50,729 nucleotides of DNA from an uncultured Erysipelotrichaceae bacterium (lineage in GTDB: Bacteria > Bacillota_I > Bacilli_A > RFN20 > CAG-826), in assembly GCA_902803285.1 (NCBI GenBank), contig CADCPC010000069.1, positions 1 to 50,729 of the forward strand, written 5' to 3'. The translations under genes were made by a program, and so were the position numbers. Positions 49,583 to 50,729 of this stretch are shown in pieces (within the stretch, counting starts at the first letter, position 1; each line of letters starts with the position of its first letter). A model generated the notes under the pieces. It searched no databases and had not been told where the DNA came from. It saw only the letters and a list, made by a program, of their open reading frames with translations.

Positions 49583-50557
49583 TTACCCCTGCTTATTTAT
49601 TATATCATCTAGATTGTTAATCAAATCTAGATATTCTCCTAATAAAGGCACTTCAAATACTTTACCGTTTAAATTATCTAGCGGTGACACCATATCATTA
49701 AATGCTAAATGATATGCGATTAAGAATTGGTTTTTAAACTTATATTTCTTCTCAATTTCTTTATTTAAAGAAAAGTCTCCATATTTAGCGTCACCCACTA
49801 CTGGATGATTAATATAAGAAAAGTGAACTCTAATTTGATGAGTTCTACCTGTTAATAAGGTAACTTCCACTAATGAATAATCTCCAACATATCTCACTAA
49901 TTTATATTTAGTGATGGCTTCTTTCCCGTTTTGATAGTCGACTTCAACATGGGTTTGCTTTTTAAATAACGGAGCGGTGATTTCTCCTTCTATATCAATA
50001 TGCCCTTTAACTAGCACATAATATTTCTTTTCAATTTTGCTTTTGTCACTCATGACAGTAGAAAGATATTGAAGAGTTTTTAAGTTTTTACCAAATACTA
50101 CTATTCCAGCGGTATTTCTATCTAATCTATGACAAGGAGCAGGAACATATCCTAAATCTTTATTTGGATCATATTCTCCCTTCTCTACTAAATAGGAGAT
50201 GACCATCGTGTCCAGTGCTTCATCATCACTATTAGCCTTTTGAACCAATAATCCTCTTGGCTTATTTATCAATATGACATTATCATCTTCATAGATAATA
50301 TAGTCTTTAATAAGACTATTGTTTTTAATTTCTTTAGTCTTTTTAAATTCTTCAAATTTGTCATCAGTAAGAAAAATAGATACTTCTTCTCCAGCGTTAA
50401 CCACATACTTTTCTTTTTGCCAATGGCCATTAACTTTAATGTCTTTTTTTCTAAAAAGTTTGTAGATCACAGATAAAGGAGCGGTATTTAAAACCTTCTT
50501 AACGTATTTCTCTAAAGTTTGTCCACTTTCTTGTTCACTAACAATAAATTTCTGCAT
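49583..50557 (-). CDS. rluD: RluA-family (RluD-like) 23S rRNA pseudouridine synthase with an N-terminal S4-like domain
   Basis: 'HRLDRNTAGIVVFGKN' and 'LLTGRTHQIRVH'. The first ATG is at 50557 (the track start at 50563 is TTG). Confidence 0.85.
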   Translation of the reverse strand: MQKFIVSEQESGQTLEKYVKKVLNTAPLSVIYKLFRKKDIKVNGHWQKEKYVVNAGEEVSIFLTDDKFEEFKKTKEIKNNSLIKDYIIYEDDNVILINKPRGLLVQKANSDDEALDTMVISYLVEKGEYDPNKDLGYVPAPCHRLDRNTAGIVVFGKNLKTLQYLSTVMSDKSKIEKKYYVLVKGHIDIEGEITAPLFKKQTHVEVDYQNGKEAITKYKLVRYVGDYSLVEVTLLTGRTHQIRVHFSYINHPVVGDAKYGDFSLNKEIEKKYKFKNQFLIAYHLAFNDMVSPLDNLNGKVFEVPLLGEYLDLINNLDDIINKQG

Positions 50558-50643
50558 ACACAATCATTGTATTTGTTTTATTTTTTAAAATAAAGATACA
50601 GTTTTAAATTGTTTTAAGATATAATCTATAACCGAGCAGCGAT

Positions 50644-50729
50644 GGAGGAATACCCAAGAGGCTGAAGGGGTGGGCTTGGAAAGCTCATAGACGGGTCACA
50701 CCGTGCGAGGGTTCAAATCCCTCTTCCTC
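50644..50729 (+). tRNA. tRNA-Ser (anticodon GGA), truncated at the window edge (last acceptor bases and CCA missing)
   Basis: Acceptor GGAGGAA, anticodon stem TGGGC/GCTCA with loop TT-GGA-AA, long variable arm, T-loop TTCAAAT. Confidence 0.8.

Overview
This is an AT-rich (about one-third G+C by eye), very gene-dense chromosomal core segment. It looks like a reduced-genome, low-GC Firmicutes/Mollicutes-like bacterium that uses the standard genetic code: TGA acts as a stop (e.g. 35070..35072) and Trp is TGG, so it is not a code-4 Mycoplasma or Spiroplasma.

Contents, left to right:
- the 3' part of rqcH;
- a 12-gene minus-strand unit, pfp-atpI-like-atpBEFHAGDC-ppa-trmL;
- a TGS-uridine-kinase fusion gene;
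- a 7-gene minus-strand unit, yigZ-like, mrp, pepP, glpK, addB, addA and an unassignable 375-aa ORF;
- a CPBP protease, TraX, trxA and tRNA-Gly unit;
- rdgB, mtaD, an SDR, and pit with its DUF47 partner;
- an XRE-TM regulator, hemolysin-III, and proS coupled to a degenerate PAS/GGDEF/EAL-like membrane protein;
- YitT, coaD, rsmD, ylbF-like, def, rnj, maf, nadK, a CYTH protein, spx, trpS, a COG0523 GTPase, phosphoglucomutase and an RluA-family synthase;
- four tRNAs: Gly-UCC, Ser-GCU, Ser-CGA and a 3'-truncated Ser-GGA.

I found no CRISPR array, transposase or integrase, prophage, rRNA, or recognisable defence island. I cannot point to one compelling novel multi-gene system.

The most interesting signals are:
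1. an unassignable ORF translationally coupled to addA;
2. a membrane PAS/GGDEF/EAL-like pseudo-enzyme coupled to proS;
3. a two-carboxylate Na+-type ion-binding signature in the F-ATPase c subunit, inside an operon bracketed by a PPi-type PFK and a PPase;
4. a recurrent architecture of Shine-Dalgarno-less first genes with a -10 box 5-10 nt upstream of the ATG (candidate leaderless mRNAs);
5. extreme compaction, with TAATG stop/start overlaps and convergent genes sharing stop codons.

All product calls rest on motif recognition by eye. No database search was run.
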